Source of the DNA: Thermoprotei archaeon
Lineage (GTDB): Archaea; Thermoproteota; Thermoprotei; Thermofilales; B15-G2
Length of the DNA: 55,542 nt
Assembly: GCA_003650815.1 (NCBI GenBank)
Contig: QMSB01000002.1
Coordinates: 1-55,542, forward strand
Direction of reading: 5' to 3'
The first letter of the stretch is position 1. Each line of letters starts with the position of its first letter. The position numbers and the translations under genes were made by a program. The notes beneath the pieces were generated by a model. The model worked only from the letters and a program-made list of their open reading frames with translations. It had not been told where the DNA came from and did not search any database. Of this stretch, positions 7,994 to 18,545 are shown one piece after another.

Positions 7994-10345
7994 TTGCGGG
8001 ACATGATTATGAAGATGAGTGATTTGAGTAAGATTATAACTAGTGTTGTTCAAGGAAAGAAGCTAAATCATAGGAGAATGGTAGTTATAACAGGTGATAG
8101 TGACGTCAAAATCATATCAGCGTGTGCTAACTTGGTTAAGAGCTATAGTGAGTTTGTGAGAAAGAATCCTCGTATTCTTTATACCTATCAGATATTCTAC
8201 GAGGATGGAATATATAGGAGAAATCTGTTTAAGAAAGAGCTCGGGTCGCTTTTCGAAGTAGATTACGTTCCCTATCATGAGAGCCAGCAGGTACTTGGAG
8301 CTACTTATGACATAGCTGTACTAGATCTTATAAACGATTTGAGGCCAAATGACCTAGGAAGGCTTACCGGGATTATAGCTGGAGGCGGTCTGCTCATCTT
8401 ACTGACTCCTCGCTTTGAGGAGTGGGATAAGATAATTACGAGGTTTCAGGAGAATCTGCTCACGCCACAGTATGGAGTAGATAAACTACGCCACATTTTT
8501 GTTAAACGGTTTATACAGAAGCTCTTTGTTCACAAGGGAATAACTATCTATGACGCTGACCGCGAGAAGTTTCTAAAGGAGCCTGAGATACTCGAAAAAC
8601 TCCCTGAGCAGGAAAAACGAGAGCTCCTACTTCCTGAAAAAGCTCTTTTCCCCCTTAAGGTATACTCTCTCGCGCTGACTCAAGACCAAGTAGAAGTACT
8701 GCATCTCTTGGAACTCCTCTACGAGAGACCTAAAGGCAAGCTCGCGATAGTAATCACTGCTGACCGAGGTAGAGGGAAGTCCTGTGCTCTTGGAATAGGA
8801 TTGGCTGCGCTGGCACACAAGCTAAGGAGACGTAAGGGTAGGGCTAGGATTCTAGTTACGGCTCCCAGCGAGATGAACGTGCAGTCTCTCTTTGAGTTAG
8901 CTCAGAAGACTCTAGAGGTCCTTAAGCACTCTGTTGAAGTAGAGAAGAAAGGAGACCTTAAGGTTGCTCTTAAAGCTAAAGGTATAGACATAGAATACTA
9001 CAAGCCTCTAGACTGTATAGGCAGGTCAGCTGATATAATTGCAGTAGACGAGGCTGCCGGGCTTCAGGTACCAATGTTGTACAAGATCCACAGAACCTTC
9101 AGCAGGGCTGTATTTTCGTCAACTATTCACGGATACGAGGGTGCTGGAAGAGGCTTTTCTGTGAGATTTCTAGGAGCTCTTAGAGAGGATCCTGAGACTA
9201 CTATTTACGAGTATGAAATGCATGAGCCTATAAGGTATGCTGAGAATGATCCCATCGAGATATGGTCTTTCGACACACTGATGTTAGACGCGGAGCCTGC
9301 TAGCCTAGACAAAGATGACCTTGAAGATATTGCTGAAGGACGGATTGAGTACTATAAGCCCGACATATACAAGTTCTTCTTAGAGCAAGAAAATGAAGCT
9401 AAGCAGTTCATAGGTATTTACATAATGGCTCATTACAGGAATAACTGCGATGACCTAGGCATGATAATGGATGCTCCTCACCACACTATCAGAGCACTCC
9501 GTACTACAAGAGGAAAAATTTTAACAGCGGTAGAGCTGGCAGAGGAAGGTAGTATACCTGATACACTGATACCCGAGCTCATTAAGGGTGGATGGATCGC
9601 AGGCAATATAATTCCTGATAGACTCCTTAAGCACTATAAGTTGATCGAATTTGCTAAGCTGACTGGCTGGAGAATAGTGAGAATAGCTACTCACCCCCAA
9701 GTGATGAGGAAAGGCCTTGGCTCTAGGGCTCTGAGCGAAATATGTAGAGAGGCTGTTGAACGAGGATACGATTGGGTGGGCGCTGGCTTTGGAGTCAACG
9801 AGCCTCTCTTGAGGTTCTGGATCAGAAATCACTTTATACCTGTGCACATAAGCCCTGACAGAAATCCTGTTAGCGGAGAATACACAGTAATAGTGGTCAG
9901 ACCTCTTACAGAGACCGCTGAAGAACAGATAAGTATAGCGAACAGAGAATTTAGGCTCAAGCTAATTAACTCTTTGTGCGAACCTTATCATGATTTAGAG
10001 CCAAAGATAGCTTTAATGCTTATTAAAAGCACTAAAGCACCTGTATTCGAGGACTACAGTCCCGCTTTATCAGATATACAGAAGCATAGAATCAAGACTT
10101 ATGCTGAAGGCTACATGACCCTCGAGAACTGTATGGACTGTGCTTTCGAGATGGCTAAAACTTACTTCTATAATGTTCCCAAGAATATTCCAGAGTTAGC
10201 GGAAGATGAAGAGCTTCTGCTTATTACGAGGATTCTGCAGGCTAAGAGCTGGCGGCTAACTTGCGAAGAACTAGGCTTAGCTCCACCATTTGTTATGACT
10301 AAGATCAGAGAGATCATTGGAAAGTTAGTCGAGTACTACCTTTAG
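7994..10345 (+). CDS. tmcA: tRNA/rRNA cytidine acetyltransferase TmcA/Nat10
   Basis: TADRGRGKS helicase motif, DEAA, STIHGYEGAGRGF, AHYRN, RIVRIATHP GNAT domain. Confidence 0.95.
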   Translation: MRDMIMKMSDLSKIITSVVQGKKLNHRRMVVITGDSDVKIISACANLVKSYSEFVRKNPRILYTYQIFYEDGIYRRNLFKKELGSLFEVDYVPYHESQQVLGATYDIAVLDLINDLRPNDLGRLTGIIAGGGLLILLTPRFEEWDKIITRFQENLLTPQYGVDKLRHIFVKRFIQKLFVHKGITIYDADREKFLKEPEILEKLPEQEKRELLLPEKALFPLKVYSLALTQDQVEVLHLLELLYERPKGKLAIVITADRGRGKSCALGIGLAALAHKLRRRKGRARILVTAPSEMNVQSLFELAQKTLEVLKHSVEVEKKGDLKVALKAKGIDIEYYKPLDCIGRSADIIAVDEAAGLQVPMLYKIHRTFSRAVFSSTIHGYEGAGRGFSVRFLGALREDPETTIYEYEMHEPIRYAENDPIEIWSFDTLMLDAEPASLDKDDLEDIAEGRIEYYKPDIYKFFLEQENEAKQFIGIYIMAHYRNNCDDLGMIMDAPHHTIRALRTTRGKILTAVELAEEGSIPDTLIPELIKGGWIAGNIIPDRLLKHYKLIEFAKLTGWRIVRIATHPQVMRKGLGSRALSEICREAVERGYDWVGAGFGVNEPLLRFWIRNHFIPVHISPDRNPVSGEYTVIVVRPLTETAEEQISIANREFRLKLINSLCEPYHDLEPKIALMLIKSTKAPVFEDYSPALSDIQKHRIKTYAEGYMTLENCMDCAFEMAKTYFYNVPKNIPELAEDEELLLITRILQAKSWRLTCEELGLAPPFVMTKIREIIGKLVEYYL

Positions 10346-10540
10346 TCGTTTTTCCTTAACTGTTCTAGGTGGACCATCCGTTTTTGTCTGAAAAATAACT
10401 ATCTTTGCTATTCTCAAAGAATCTTCCGCTATAGTGTCTTCAATATTTCTGACGATTAGTATTCGCTGTTTCTCGGCTGTCACAAGCTATAATACTTATT
10501 TGAGCACAAAACTCTGTGCCGAGAGAACTCTGAAACTATT

Positions 10541-10849
10541 TCACCAAGACCTATACTTCTTTTTAGCTCTTATATCTCTAATAATTTTACATAGCTGTTT
10601 TAGGAGCGCGTTTTTCTTTAAGCTGTTTTTCTTAACCTTTACTCTACCTCGGCTGCTCCACCAGGCTCTAGGATACTTTTTGTCTTCTTCAATATCATAC
10701 TCGAGTCCGAGAATTTGAAGCGCCTCGGCTATTTCCTTTGGTGACGGATTCTTTACTGCTAGTGATAAAGGAACTCTTCTACCCTCACTTCTAGATTTTG
10801 TAGAATCAAGATACTCGGCCCAAATTATGATATAATCTTTCTGCCTCAA
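10541..10849 (-). CDS. srp19: Signal recognition particle protein SRP19
   Basis: YLDSTKSRSEGRRVP..LAVKNP, KKYPRAWW. Confidence 0.95.
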   Translation of the reverse strand: MRQKDYIIIWAEYLDSTKSRSEGRRVPLSLAVKNPSPKEIAEALQILGLEYDIEEDKKYPRAWWSSRGRVKVKKNSLKKNALLKQLCKIIRDIRAKKKYRSW

Positions 10850-10863
10850 GATAGATACCTAGG

Positions 10864-11256
10864 TTAAGTTTCTTCCAGTAGAATCGCGTTAAGAACTCCG
10901 TCTTGACCCGGTCTTGAGGTAACGAGAGCCTCACCTAACTCTGTGCTTATGATACAGCCCTTTGTTATGATCTGCCTTCTAGCATACTGTCTGTTAGCGG
11001 GGTTTTTCACTACCTTCAATATTCTCGCCTTCTGGCATACACCTTTAGATGGAATAAAGACATTCGCGTAGGCTACTTTCTTTAATCGAAGCTTGAAATT
11101 GCCTCCTCTAACTCTAATTTTCTTGACTATGTTTTCTTCTCCTAGAGTCGTCAGAGTAGGTGGTCTCCCCATATGGCATTTTCGCTTTACTTTACGGTGA
11201 GGTCTCTTCATGCCTCCAGTAGGCTTTCTGAGATCATTTCCCTGATAGATGCCCAT
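10864..11256 (-). CDS. rps8e: Ribosomal protein eS8
   Basis: [21 protein letters not shown]. Confidence 0.97.
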   Translation of the reverse strand: MGIYQGNDLRKPTGGMKRPHRKVKRKCHMGRPPTLTTLGEENIVKKIRVRGGNFKLRLKKVAYANVFIPSKGVCQKARILKVVKNPANRQYARRQIITKGCIISTELGEALVTSRPGQDGVLNAILLEET

Positions 11257-11399
11257 GAGTCACACCCCGACTGGCGTACTTTCATACAGTATCTCTTTTA
11301 AATATTTTATGCGTAATACTGAGTGCAATCAGTTAATGTCTAGACAGAAAGGAATATTAGAGGCTATTGGAAAATCTTATATATCAAAGAGGGGGTCCG

Positions 11400-11654
11400 A
11401 TGAGGAGACTGGGAAAAGTTCTGAAAATCTCTTTGAATAAATATCTTCTTGTAAGGGCTGATTTTGCTCCGAGGGAAGGGGCCTATGTCTATGATAAGCG
11501 GATGAGGAAAATAGGCTCCGTGTACGATATTATCGGTCCTGTCTCGAGACCATATGTAGTTGTGGTGCCGCAGATGTCTGACTTTAAGTCACTTCTTTTT
11601 TCAGATGTGTATGTCAAACCACATGATTTTTTGAGAAGGAGAAGGCGTAGGTGA
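11400..11654 (+). CDS. gar1: H/ACA RNP component Gar1
   Basis: MRRLGKVL...IGSVYDIIGPVSRPY; conserved position before tfb. Confidence 0.9.
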   Translation: MRRLGKVLKISLNKYLLVRADFAPREGAYVYDKRMRKIGSVYDIIGPVSRPYVVVVPQMSDFKSLLFSDVYVKPHDFLRRRRRR

Positions 11655-11658
11655 AATA

Positions 11659-12600
11659 ATGGTTAGTGAAGAAGTCTGTCTGGATAGGAGAGAGGGAGAA
11701 ATCATTTGTCCGTACTGTGGGAGCAGAAAAATCGTGAGAGACTATGAGAGAGCTGAGATCACGTGTGCTGTCTGCGGAATGGTTATTGCTGATCATTTGA
11801 TTGATCAGGGGCCTGAGTGGAGAGCGTTTAATGAGGAACAGAGAGCTAGACGCGCTAGAACTGGGTCTCCTATAAGCATTCTTAAACCTGATAAGGGGCT
11901 CACTACGGATATCGATTGGAGGAATAAAGATAGTAGTGGCAGATCTCTTAACTTAAATAGGCGTATTCAGGCTTTGAGGTTTAGGCTCTGGCAACAGAGG
12001 ATTAGGGCTAAAGATTCTCTTGAAAGAAATCTTCAACAGGCTCTTAATGAGATAAAGAGACTTGGCTCTAACATGAATATTCCCCCTAGCGTTCAGGAAA
12101 CAGCAGCTATGATCTACAGGAGAGCTCTTGAGAAAGGATACATCAGAGGAAGATCTATAGACAGTATGGCCGCCGCGTGCCTCTACATCGCTGTCAGGAT
12201 ACATGGATTACCCCGTAGTCTCGACGAAATAGCGTCTGAGTCTAGAGCTAATAAAAAGGAGATAGGTAGGAGCTACCGTTTGTTGGTTAAAACAGATATA
12301 GTTAAGGTTCCCCCCATAACTATTGAGAATTATATACCTACGCTTATTAGAAGACTGCACTTACCGTCAGAGATAGGGAGAAAAGCTACTGAAATACTTA
12401 AGGTCGCAACGATGGCAGGACTTACCAGCGGGAAGGGACCTAAGGGGCTCGCTGCCGCAGCGGTGTACTTGGCTAGCGTCATGTTGAACTGCAAGAAAAC
12501 ACAGAGAGAAATAGCGCAAGCAGCAGGAGTTACCGAAGTCACTATTAGAAATAGGTTTAAAGAGCTTATGGAGAAGCTAGAGTTTGTGCTGAAAGTATAG
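11659..12600 (+). CDS. tfb: Transcription initiation factor B
   Basis: Zn ribbon CPYC/CAVC, GPEWRAF B-reader, cyclin repeats, VTEVTIRNRFKE. Confidence 0.97.
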   Translation: MVSEEVCLDRREGEIICPYCGSRKIVRDYERAEITCAVCGMVIADHLIDQGPEWRAFNEEQRARRARTGSPISILKPDKGLTTDIDWRNKDSSGRSLNLNRRIQALRFRLWQQRIRAKDSLERNLQQALNEIKRLGSNMNIPPSVQETAAMIYRRALEKGYIRGRSIDSMAAACLYIAVRIHGLPRSLDEIASESRANKKEIGRSYRLLVKTDIVKVPPITIENYIPTLIRRLHLPSEIGRKATEILKVATMAGLTSGKGPKGLAAAAVYLASVMLNCKKTQREIAQAAGVTEVTIRNRFKELMEKLEFVLKV

Positions 12601-12603
12601 ACT

Positions 12604-12984
12604 ATGAGATCAAAGCTAGACCCTCTAGAGAGAGAAATACTTGAGCATCTGCTTAAGAAGGGAGACAAAGGTATAACGCAAGAGGAGCTACTCCCTCTGC
12701 TCAATGTTGATAAGAGAAGTTGTTCTAGAGCACTACTAAGGCTCGAGAAAAAGGGATTTATTGAAAGACGTAGGGCAGTAGTTAAAGGCAAGAAAACTTA
12801 TGTTATTAAGCCAGTACTACTTGAGAAAAAACTCCTTGAATTATATAATGCTGTTAGACAGATCCCGTGTTTCCGCTGTCCTTACCTCTTCTCCTGCGCC
12901 GAAGGTGGAGATCCCTCGCCGGAGAAATGTAGAATTCTACTATCTTTCTTAAAGGGTGTTAGAAGTGAGCTTGCAAAAAATTAG
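12604..12984 (+). CDS. tfeB: TFE beta subunit (archaeal RPC34-like: wHTH plus Cys cluster)
   Basis: N-terminal wHTH, C-terminal PCFRC....C..........C; gar1-tfb context. Confidence 0.75.
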   Translation: MRSKLDPLEREILEHLLKKGDKGITQEELLPLLNVDKRSCSRALLRLEKKGFIERRRAVVKGKKTYVIKPVLLEKKLLELYNAVRQIPCFRCPYLFSCAEGGDPSPEKCRILLSFLKGVRSELAKN

Positions 12985-13537
12985 ATGTTTTATAGCTGTT
13001 GACATAGATGACCCTGTCATAGTAGATAGGATAGTGAGTATTCAGTATAGGCTCTCTGGAACAGGAGTTCGTATGAAGCTCGTTGAGAAAAATAACCTCC
13101 ATATAACGCTGAGATTTCTGGGAGAGATATCGAGACCCCTCCTCGAAAAGGTCATAGATATAATTAAAACGGTATCTTTTAATAGTTTTCAAATAAAGCT
13201 TCAAAACATAGGGTGCTTTCCAACACCATCGAGGCCGAGAGTTATATGGATTGGAGTCACTGAAGGAGAAGAGAAGCTAAGAGAAATTCACAATGAATTA
13301 GAAAGTAAGCTTAGGAAACTAGGATTTCCTAAGGAAAAAGAGAGATTTGTAGCCCACTTAACTATAGCTAGAGTAAAAAGCTTTAGTCAAGTGAGTAGAC
13401 TTATCCAAGTACTAAATGAGTTGCGGGATATCGAAATCGGAGAGTTCACAGTGAACTGTATAAGGGTCAAGAAAAGCACTCTGACACCTAAGGGCCCCAT
13501 ATATTCAACACTATACGAACAAAAAGCTACTAAATAA
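12956..13537 (+). CDS. thpR: RNA 2',3'-cyclic phosphodiesterase / 2'-5' RNA ligase (LigT)
   Basis: Two HxT motifs (HITL, HLTI), PRVIWIG, TPKGPIY. Confidence 0.93.
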   Translation: MLEVSLQKIRCFIAVDIDDPVIVDRIVSIQYRLSGTGVRMKLVEKNNLHITLRFLGEISRPLLEKVIDIIKTVSFNSFQIKLQNIGCFPTPSRPRVIWIGVTEGEEKLREIHNELESKLRKLGFPKEKERFVAHLTIARVKSFSQVSRLIQVLNELRDIEIGEFTVNCIRVKKSTLTPKGPIYSTLYEQKATK

Positions 13538-13792
13538 AAACATATGAGATAAAAAACTACGATAAAGTAACTATGAGTAATACCAAAAACTCATATATTT
13601 TTTAACCAATTCGACTAAATCTGAAAATTCTTTATCCTATTTTCCCCAATGACGCAGTTATTAGAGACTAATTCAAATTTTTAACTTAAGTACTAATAAG
13701 ATTGCTATTTTATCAGCTTGAATAACAGGGATAGTCTTCTCATTAACCATAAGAGTTATCATTATCTTTTTAACTCATATACTCGACACTAT

Positions 13793-15238
13793 ATGAGCAA
13801 AGAGATAATGAACGAGATCATCGCGTCTGTACTGCACAGGATAAAGCCTTCTCAAGAAGATTATGACGAAATAAATAGTATATGTGAAAAATTCATATCT
13901 TCTTTAACTAAAAAGGCTGCTGAAAGAAATATTAAAGGGATAGAAGTAAGAACAGTAGGTTCCATAGCAAAAGACACGTGGCTTAAGGATGACCGAGACA
14001 TAGACATATTTGTACTTTTCCCTAAGTCCTGCAGCATAGATACTGTAAGGAGACTTGGCTTTGAGTTAGCTAAAGAGACAGCACTAGAGATTGCTGGTAG
14101 TTTCTCATCTGAATATGCCGAACATCCTTATGTTTCAGTTAGCTACAGAGGATTTAAGGTAGAAATAGTTCCCTGCTATAAAATAGCGCCTGGAGAAAAG
14201 CCGATAACTGCTGTAGATAGAACCCCCTTGCACACAGAATACATCAATAAGAAGTTATCAAGTAGCCAAAAAGATCAAGTTAGAATACTCAAGAAGTTTC
14301 TTAAGGGAATAGGAGTCTACGGCGCAGAAATCAGGATCAAAGGCTTTTCAGGCTACTTGACTGAACTATTGATTGCTAACTACGGAACTTTTCTAAATGT
14401 TCTCAAGGCAGTTATCTCGTGGAAACCCTACAAAACTATAATCGACGTAGAAGGAAAGCTAAGCGAAGAGCAAAAGAAGAAATATTTGAAAAAATTCTCT
14501 TCACCCCTCATCGTCGTAGACCCCGTAGACCCTGAGAGAAACGCTGCTTCTGCCGTCTCGATAGACGCGCTGGCCGAGCTCAGATATGCTGCCCAAATGT
14601 TCCTGCTTAAACCATCACTAGACTTCTTTTTCCCGAAGGAATCCGAAGTGAGCCTAGAGGAGATCAGAAAAATAGTGAAAGAAAGAGGAACAGATCTTAT
14701 CGCATTAGAAACACTTTATCCAAAACTCCCTGAAGACATCTTCTGGGGGGAAGCCTACAAGTCTCTTAAGAGACTATGTAATCTTCTCAGATGCTTCGAC
14801 TTTAATGTAATAAACTCTGGCGTATGGACAGATGAGAAAAACCGCTTAATCTTTATACTAGAGCTTGAGGCAAGCGTTCTCCCTCCTGTTAAAAAACATA
14901 AAGGCCCCCCTGTAGGCTCGATGAATGAGCAAGATTTTCTGTTCAAGCATTTGAACAATCCAAGAGACCTATCACGCCCGTTCTCTGAAAATGGAGTATG
15001 GTATGTATTTTTCCGTAGAAAATATACTTCTGCAGAAACCTTACTGAAGGAAAGAGCACTCTCTTGTGGTTTAAGTAAACACATAAGAGGAGCTATGTCT
15101 AAGAAAATGAGGATACTGAGTACATCAGACATACTAGATATAGCTGACCATAGTGTCGTCTTCAGACAGTTTTTATATAAGTGGCTTACTAAGCATAGAC
15201 CATGGATTTATGTTAGTCAAAGTCTCGAAAGAAAATAA
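13793..15238 (+). CDS. cca: Class I CCA-adding enzyme
   Basis: VGSIAKDTWL..DIDIF, YAEHPY, AVDRTPLH, GFSGYLTELL, DPVDPERN. Confidence 0.97.
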   Translation: MSKEIMNEIIASVLHRIKPSQEDYDEINSICEKFISSLTKKAAERNIKGIEVRTVGSIAKDTWLKDDRDIDIFVLFPKSCSIDTVRRLGFELAKETALEIAGSFSSEYAEHPYVSVSYRGFKVEIVPCYKIAPGEKPITAVDRTPLHTEYINKKLSSSQKDQVRILKKFLKGIGVYGAEIRIKGFSGYLTELLIANYGTFLNVLKAVISWKPYKTIIDVEGKLSEEQKKKYLKKFSSPLIVVDPVDPERNAASAVSIDALAELRYAAQMFLLKPSLDFFFPKESEVSLEEIRKIVKERGTDLIALETLYPKLPEDIFWGEAYKSLKRLCNLLRCFDFNVINSGVWTDEKNRLIFILELEASVLPPVKKHKGPPVGSMNEQDFLFKHLNNPRDLSRPFSENGVWYVFFRRKYTSAETLLKERALSCGLSKHIRGAMSKKMRILSTSDILDIADHSVVFRQFLYKWLTKHRPWIYVSQSLERK

Positions 15239-15965
15239 ACTCCTCTTAGAGGACATATTATGCTATCCTAAATACTTAAGTTCACCTGAAGTATTTGAAA
15301 AAAGAGTAAAAGAACTACTAAGCTTAAAGATAGAGTATATTTTTTTGAGCGGAAAAACTCAGGTAGGCAGGCTCAGAGTTCTAGGCAAAGGTTGCACGTC
15401 AATTGTAGTCTTAGCCCTCTACAAGAAAAAACTATGTACCTTGAAAATAAGGCGTCTCGACGCTAATAGACCAAGTATGCTAAACGAAGCACGCAATTTA
15501 AGGATAGTAAACGCGCTTAATATAGGGCCCCGTCTACTTAAAGAGTCACATGATTTTCTGCTCTTAAAATACATTAACGGTCTTGAGATATTCGAATGGT
15601 CTGCTCACTGTACATCAGCTAAAGTATTTAGAAAAGTTCTCAGCTCACTCCTGAAACAATGCTATCTCCTAGACATACATAGCATATACCACGCAGAACT
15701 CTCTAACCTAAAGGACCACGTAATAATCGACGCTGAAGCTTCAAGACCAATAATAATCGACTTTGAGACAGTTAGTCTCAATTCTAGAAGAAAGGTTTTG
15801 CCAGCTGTAATTCAGAACTTCATTTATCGAAGATGCCTACTAAGAGAAAAATTCATCGATTTAATAGGAGAAGTAGACACTCAACTACTCATGCAAAAAC
15901 TCAGAAAATACAAAAAGTTTCCTAGAGAAACCTTTAAAGAAATTTACAAAATTATCCTAAATTAA
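15210..15965 (+). CDS. RIO/Bud32-like Ser/Thr protein kinase
   Basis: LGKGCTSIV, LKIRR, HAELSN, IIDFET; usual neighbour of cca. Confidence 0.85.
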   Translation: MLVKVSKENKLLLEDILCYPKYLSSPEVFEKRVKELLSLKIEYIFLSGKTQVGRLRVLGKGCTSIVVLALYKKKLCTLKIRRLDANRPSMLNEARNLRIVNALNIGPRLLKESHDFLLLKYINGLEIFEWSAHCTSAKVFRKVLSSLLKQCYLLDIHSIYHAELSNLKDHVIIDAEASRPIIIDFETVSLNSRRKVLPAVIQNFIYRRCLLREKFIDLIGEVDTQLLMQKLRKYKKFPRETFKEIYKIILN

Positions 15966-16074
15966 CTTCTGCCAATTTTACAGAAATCGAGAGAGCTGAA
16001 CATTTAGCTGGTATAAGTAGACCGCTCAGAAAGGAATATATTTTTTCTAAGAGATTGTTGCAGGGGACCGCTCA

Positions 16075-16503
16075 ATGGTCAGAGTTAATGGATATTATGT
16101 TCCAGACGACTACTATGTATGGAAAAAAGGACATACCTGGGCTAAAATCGAGGAAAACGGTCTAGTGAGAGTAGGTATAACAGATGTAGGGGCTAAGGCT
16201 GCGGGAAAGATAATACTTATAAAGATTAAACCAAAAGGCTCTAAGGTAGTTCAAGGAAAGCCTCTGGCTATGGCTGAGAGCGCCAAGTGGGTAGGTAAAG
16301 TAGAGTCTCCAGTCTCGGGCACAATAGAGGAAGTGAACGAAAATGTAGTTAGAAACCCCTCATTATTGTCAACTGACCCTTACGGTGACGGCTGGATTGC
16401 CTTAATAAGGCCATCTAACTTATCTGAGGATTTAAAGAAGCTTGTTAAAGGCTCTGATATAGCTGGGTGGTATAAGGAAGAAATCAAGAGACTATTAGGG
16501 TGA
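16075..16503 (+). CDS. gcvH: Glycine cleavage system H-like lipoyl carrier protein
   Basis: HTWA..E...VRVGITD, ESAKWV (lipoyl Lys), SPVSG, DPYGDGW. Confidence 0.9.
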   Translation: MVRVNGYYVPDDYYVWKKGHTWAKIEENGLVRVGITDVGAKAAGKIILIKIKPKGSKVVQGKPLAMAESAKWVGKVESPVSGTIEEVNENVVRNPSLLSTDPYGDGWIALIRPSNLSEDLKKLVKGSDIAGWYKEEIKRLLG

Positions 16504-16508
16504 ATTCT

Positions 16509-16637
16509 GTGAGAGAGCGTTACGTGTGCTTAGACTGCAAGAAACGAAAAAGAGGAGGATACTTCAGTTTAAGAGAGGCGGCAGATGAAGTAAAATGCCC
16601 ATATTGTGGAAGTACAAGAGTAAAGAAACTTAGCTGA
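16509..16637 (+). CDS. 42-aa zinc-ribbon protein (not in ORF track)
   Basis: GTG start: MRERYVCLDCKKRKRGGYFSLREAADEVKCPYCGSTRVKKLS. Confidence 0.7.
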   Translation: MRERYVCLDCKKRKRGGYFSLREAADEVKCPYCGSTRVKKLS

Positions 16638-16677
16638 AAGTTTAAATAATAGTTAATAGTCTTAAGGGAGAAACGAG

Positions 16678-16989
16678 GTGGCTACAATGGGGCGCACTAA
16701 AATAGTAGGACCAGCTGGAAGATTCGGCGCTAGATATGGTGCGACACTTAGAAAAAGAGTAGCACTCATAGAGAGAAAGATGAAAAGTAAGCATAGATGC
16801 CCCTTCTGCTACTCACTCGTAAAAATGAAAAGACTGAGTATAGGAGTATGGCAGTGCCCTAAGTGTGAAAAAATATTCGCGGGCGGAGCCTGGGTCCCTA
16901 AAACAGTTGTAGGAAAAACTCTTGCACCAGAGGAAGAAAAACTAGCTAAAGGTAGGATTGTCCCTGGAACAAGACCTAAAGAAGAATAA
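16678..16989 (+). CDS. rpl37ae: Ribosomal protein eL43 (L37Ae)
   Basis: GPAGRFGARYGATLRKR, CPFC, GVWQCPKC, AGGAW. Confidence 0.97.
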   Translation: MATMGRTKIVGPAGRFGARYGATLRKRVALIERKMKSKHRCPFCYSLVKMKRLSIGVWQCPKCEKIFAGGAWVPKTVVGKTLAPEEEKLAKGRIVPGTRPKEE

Positions 16990-17556
16990 ATGGGCATACT
17001 CATCACAAGCAGTAGGAGACCTAATCCTAGGCTACGCACTTTTTGCAAAGACTTAGCAAGAGTGCTACCTGATGCTATAAAAGTTAATAGAGGCAAAATG
17101 AGTATTGAAGAGGTAGCGCTCAAAGCGTATCAACTGAAGATAGACCATGTAGTGATAGTAGGTAAGGGTCGAGGAGGTAATCCTGGAAGACTAATATTCA
17201 TTAAGGTCTACGAAGATAGATATGAAGTATTACCTCTCATAATAGGTATTCACGGAGTCACGCTTATACGCGAAATACCCGAAGCAAGTATACCTACCAC
17301 TGTAAAAACAGCAGTCATAGCCATAAAAAGCGAGTGCCTTAAAGTAGGTGAAAGTCTCTCAGATAGCTTAGGGCTACCCTTCATTGAAGTAAGCAGGCTT
17401 CAAGACACTCAAGGTCTATCTGACATAATTCTCTGGATAGACAGCTTAAAGCAAGGCTACGTATTTAAGTTCATTAACGGTTTATCTCTAAAGCTAAGCG
17501 GCCCTATAATTCGCGTAAACAAGGTGGTCTATAAATGCCCTCTCACACTGCAGTAA
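16990..17556 (+). CDS. Brix/Imp4-domain ribosome biogenesis protein
   Basis: ITSSRRP..RLRTFCKDL, NRGKMS, GNPG. Confidence 0.9.
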   Translation: MGILITSSRRPNPRLRTFCKDLARVLPDAIKVNRGKMSIEEVALKAYQLKIDHVVIVGKGRGGNPGRLIFIKVYEDRYEVLPLIIGIHGVTLIREIPEASIPTTVKTAVIAIKSECLKVGESLSDSLGLPFIEVSRLQDTQGLSDIILWIDSLKQGYVFKFINGLSLKLSGPIIRVNKVVYKCPLTLQ

Positions 17557-17798
17557 TTCGCATAGCCTTTCAGGATAGAAAGCTAGCCTCAACTCTATAT
17601 AAAGCAATAGCTCCTGACGCCGAAGAAAGAGAAGTAACACCTAAAGGCACTGTTCATGTAAGTCTAGCAGAAGATACTCTAGTGATTTTAATTAAGGCTA
17701 AAGACCTCGCAGGTCTAAGAGCAATGATTAACAGCTATCTCAGAAACCTCATGGCCGCAAAAAAGAGCCTAGATTCTCTTCTTTCGCCTCAGGGTTAA
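17535..17798 (+). CDS. KEOPS Pcc1-family protein
   Basis: AIAPD...I.AKDLAGLRAMINSYLR; context Brix-Pcc1-prefoldin. Confidence 0.85.
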   Translation: MPSHTAVIRIAFQDRKLASTLYKAIAPDAEEREVTPKGTVHVSLAEDTLVILIKAKDLAGLRAMINSYLRNLMAAKKSLDSLLSPQG

Positions 17799-17898
17799 GG
17801 AATTCCTGGTGTCTGAGACTACATCGAGCTCTCCTTTAGACTTAGAGCTAGTCGTGAGAGCGAGAGTTTTTTAAGAAGCTAGTTTACTAATTTTCCGT

Positions 17899-18261
17899 AT
17901 GAGTGAAGGAATACCTCCAGGTTTGCAGGCGCAGATGGCTAGACTTCAACAACTTCAAGAAGAGCTTCAGCGAGTCCTACTTAGAAAAGAACAGTGGAGG
18001 ATCCTTATACTTGAAATAGATCGAGCTCTAAAAGAGCTAGAAAAAGTATCCGAGGACACCCCTGTCTACAAGATCTCAGGACCCCTTATGATTAAATGGA
18101 GTAAGGAGGAAGCTGTTAAGGAATTGAAAGAAAGAAGAGAGGATGCCGAACTTCACGTAAAGACTTTAGACCGTCAAGAAAGTCTAATAAGAAAGCAGAT
18201 AGAAGATCTGAGAAAAAGAATTTCAAGTCAGCTAACTTCGCTTAAACAAGGATCTGCATGA
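17899..18261 (+). CDS. pfdB: Prefoldin beta subunit
   Basis: Coiled coil with ALKELEK....PVYKISG hairpin. Confidence 0.93.
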   Translation: MSEGIPPGLQAQMARLQQLQEELQRVLLRKEQWRILILEIDRALKELEKVSEDTPVYKISGPLMIKWSKEEAVKELKERREDAELHVKTLDRQESLIRKQIEDLRKRISSQLTSLKQGSA

Positions 18262-18545
18262 AACTTTCAGAAGAATTCAGAGAAAAACTCCTTAACAAAG
18301 TTGCAGACACTGTATATAGGTTCATATATTCGAAGGTAAAACACCCCGAAGATATTTTAGATATAATCATTGAAGTTGATTTTTCGGAAGATAGTGAATT
18401 CACAATTGATGTTTATGTAGACGTAAATCCCTTCTCTAAAATAGACCCTAAAGAATTAGCTGAAGCTGCAGCAGAAGAGGGGCTGAAGGTCGCAGAACAT
18501 GAACTCCTCAAGTATAAAAAGTCTGAAGTCGCTACTAGACAATAA
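18258..18545 (+). CDS. Conserved acidic hypothetical protein (DUF3194-like)
   Basis: Size, composition and usual position after pfdB. Confidence 0.7.
   Translation: MKLSEEFREKLLNKVADTVYRFIYSKVKHPEDILDIIIEVDFSEDSEFTIDVYVDVNPFSKIDPKELAEAAAEEGLKVAEHELLKYKKSEVATRQ

Noticed and set aside
12956..13537. ThpR/LigT as the ligase of the rps5 intron
   Set aside because: The thpR-cca-kinase cluster is a common archaeal arrangement and archaeal splicing ligation is attributed to RtcB; there is no link in the sequence.
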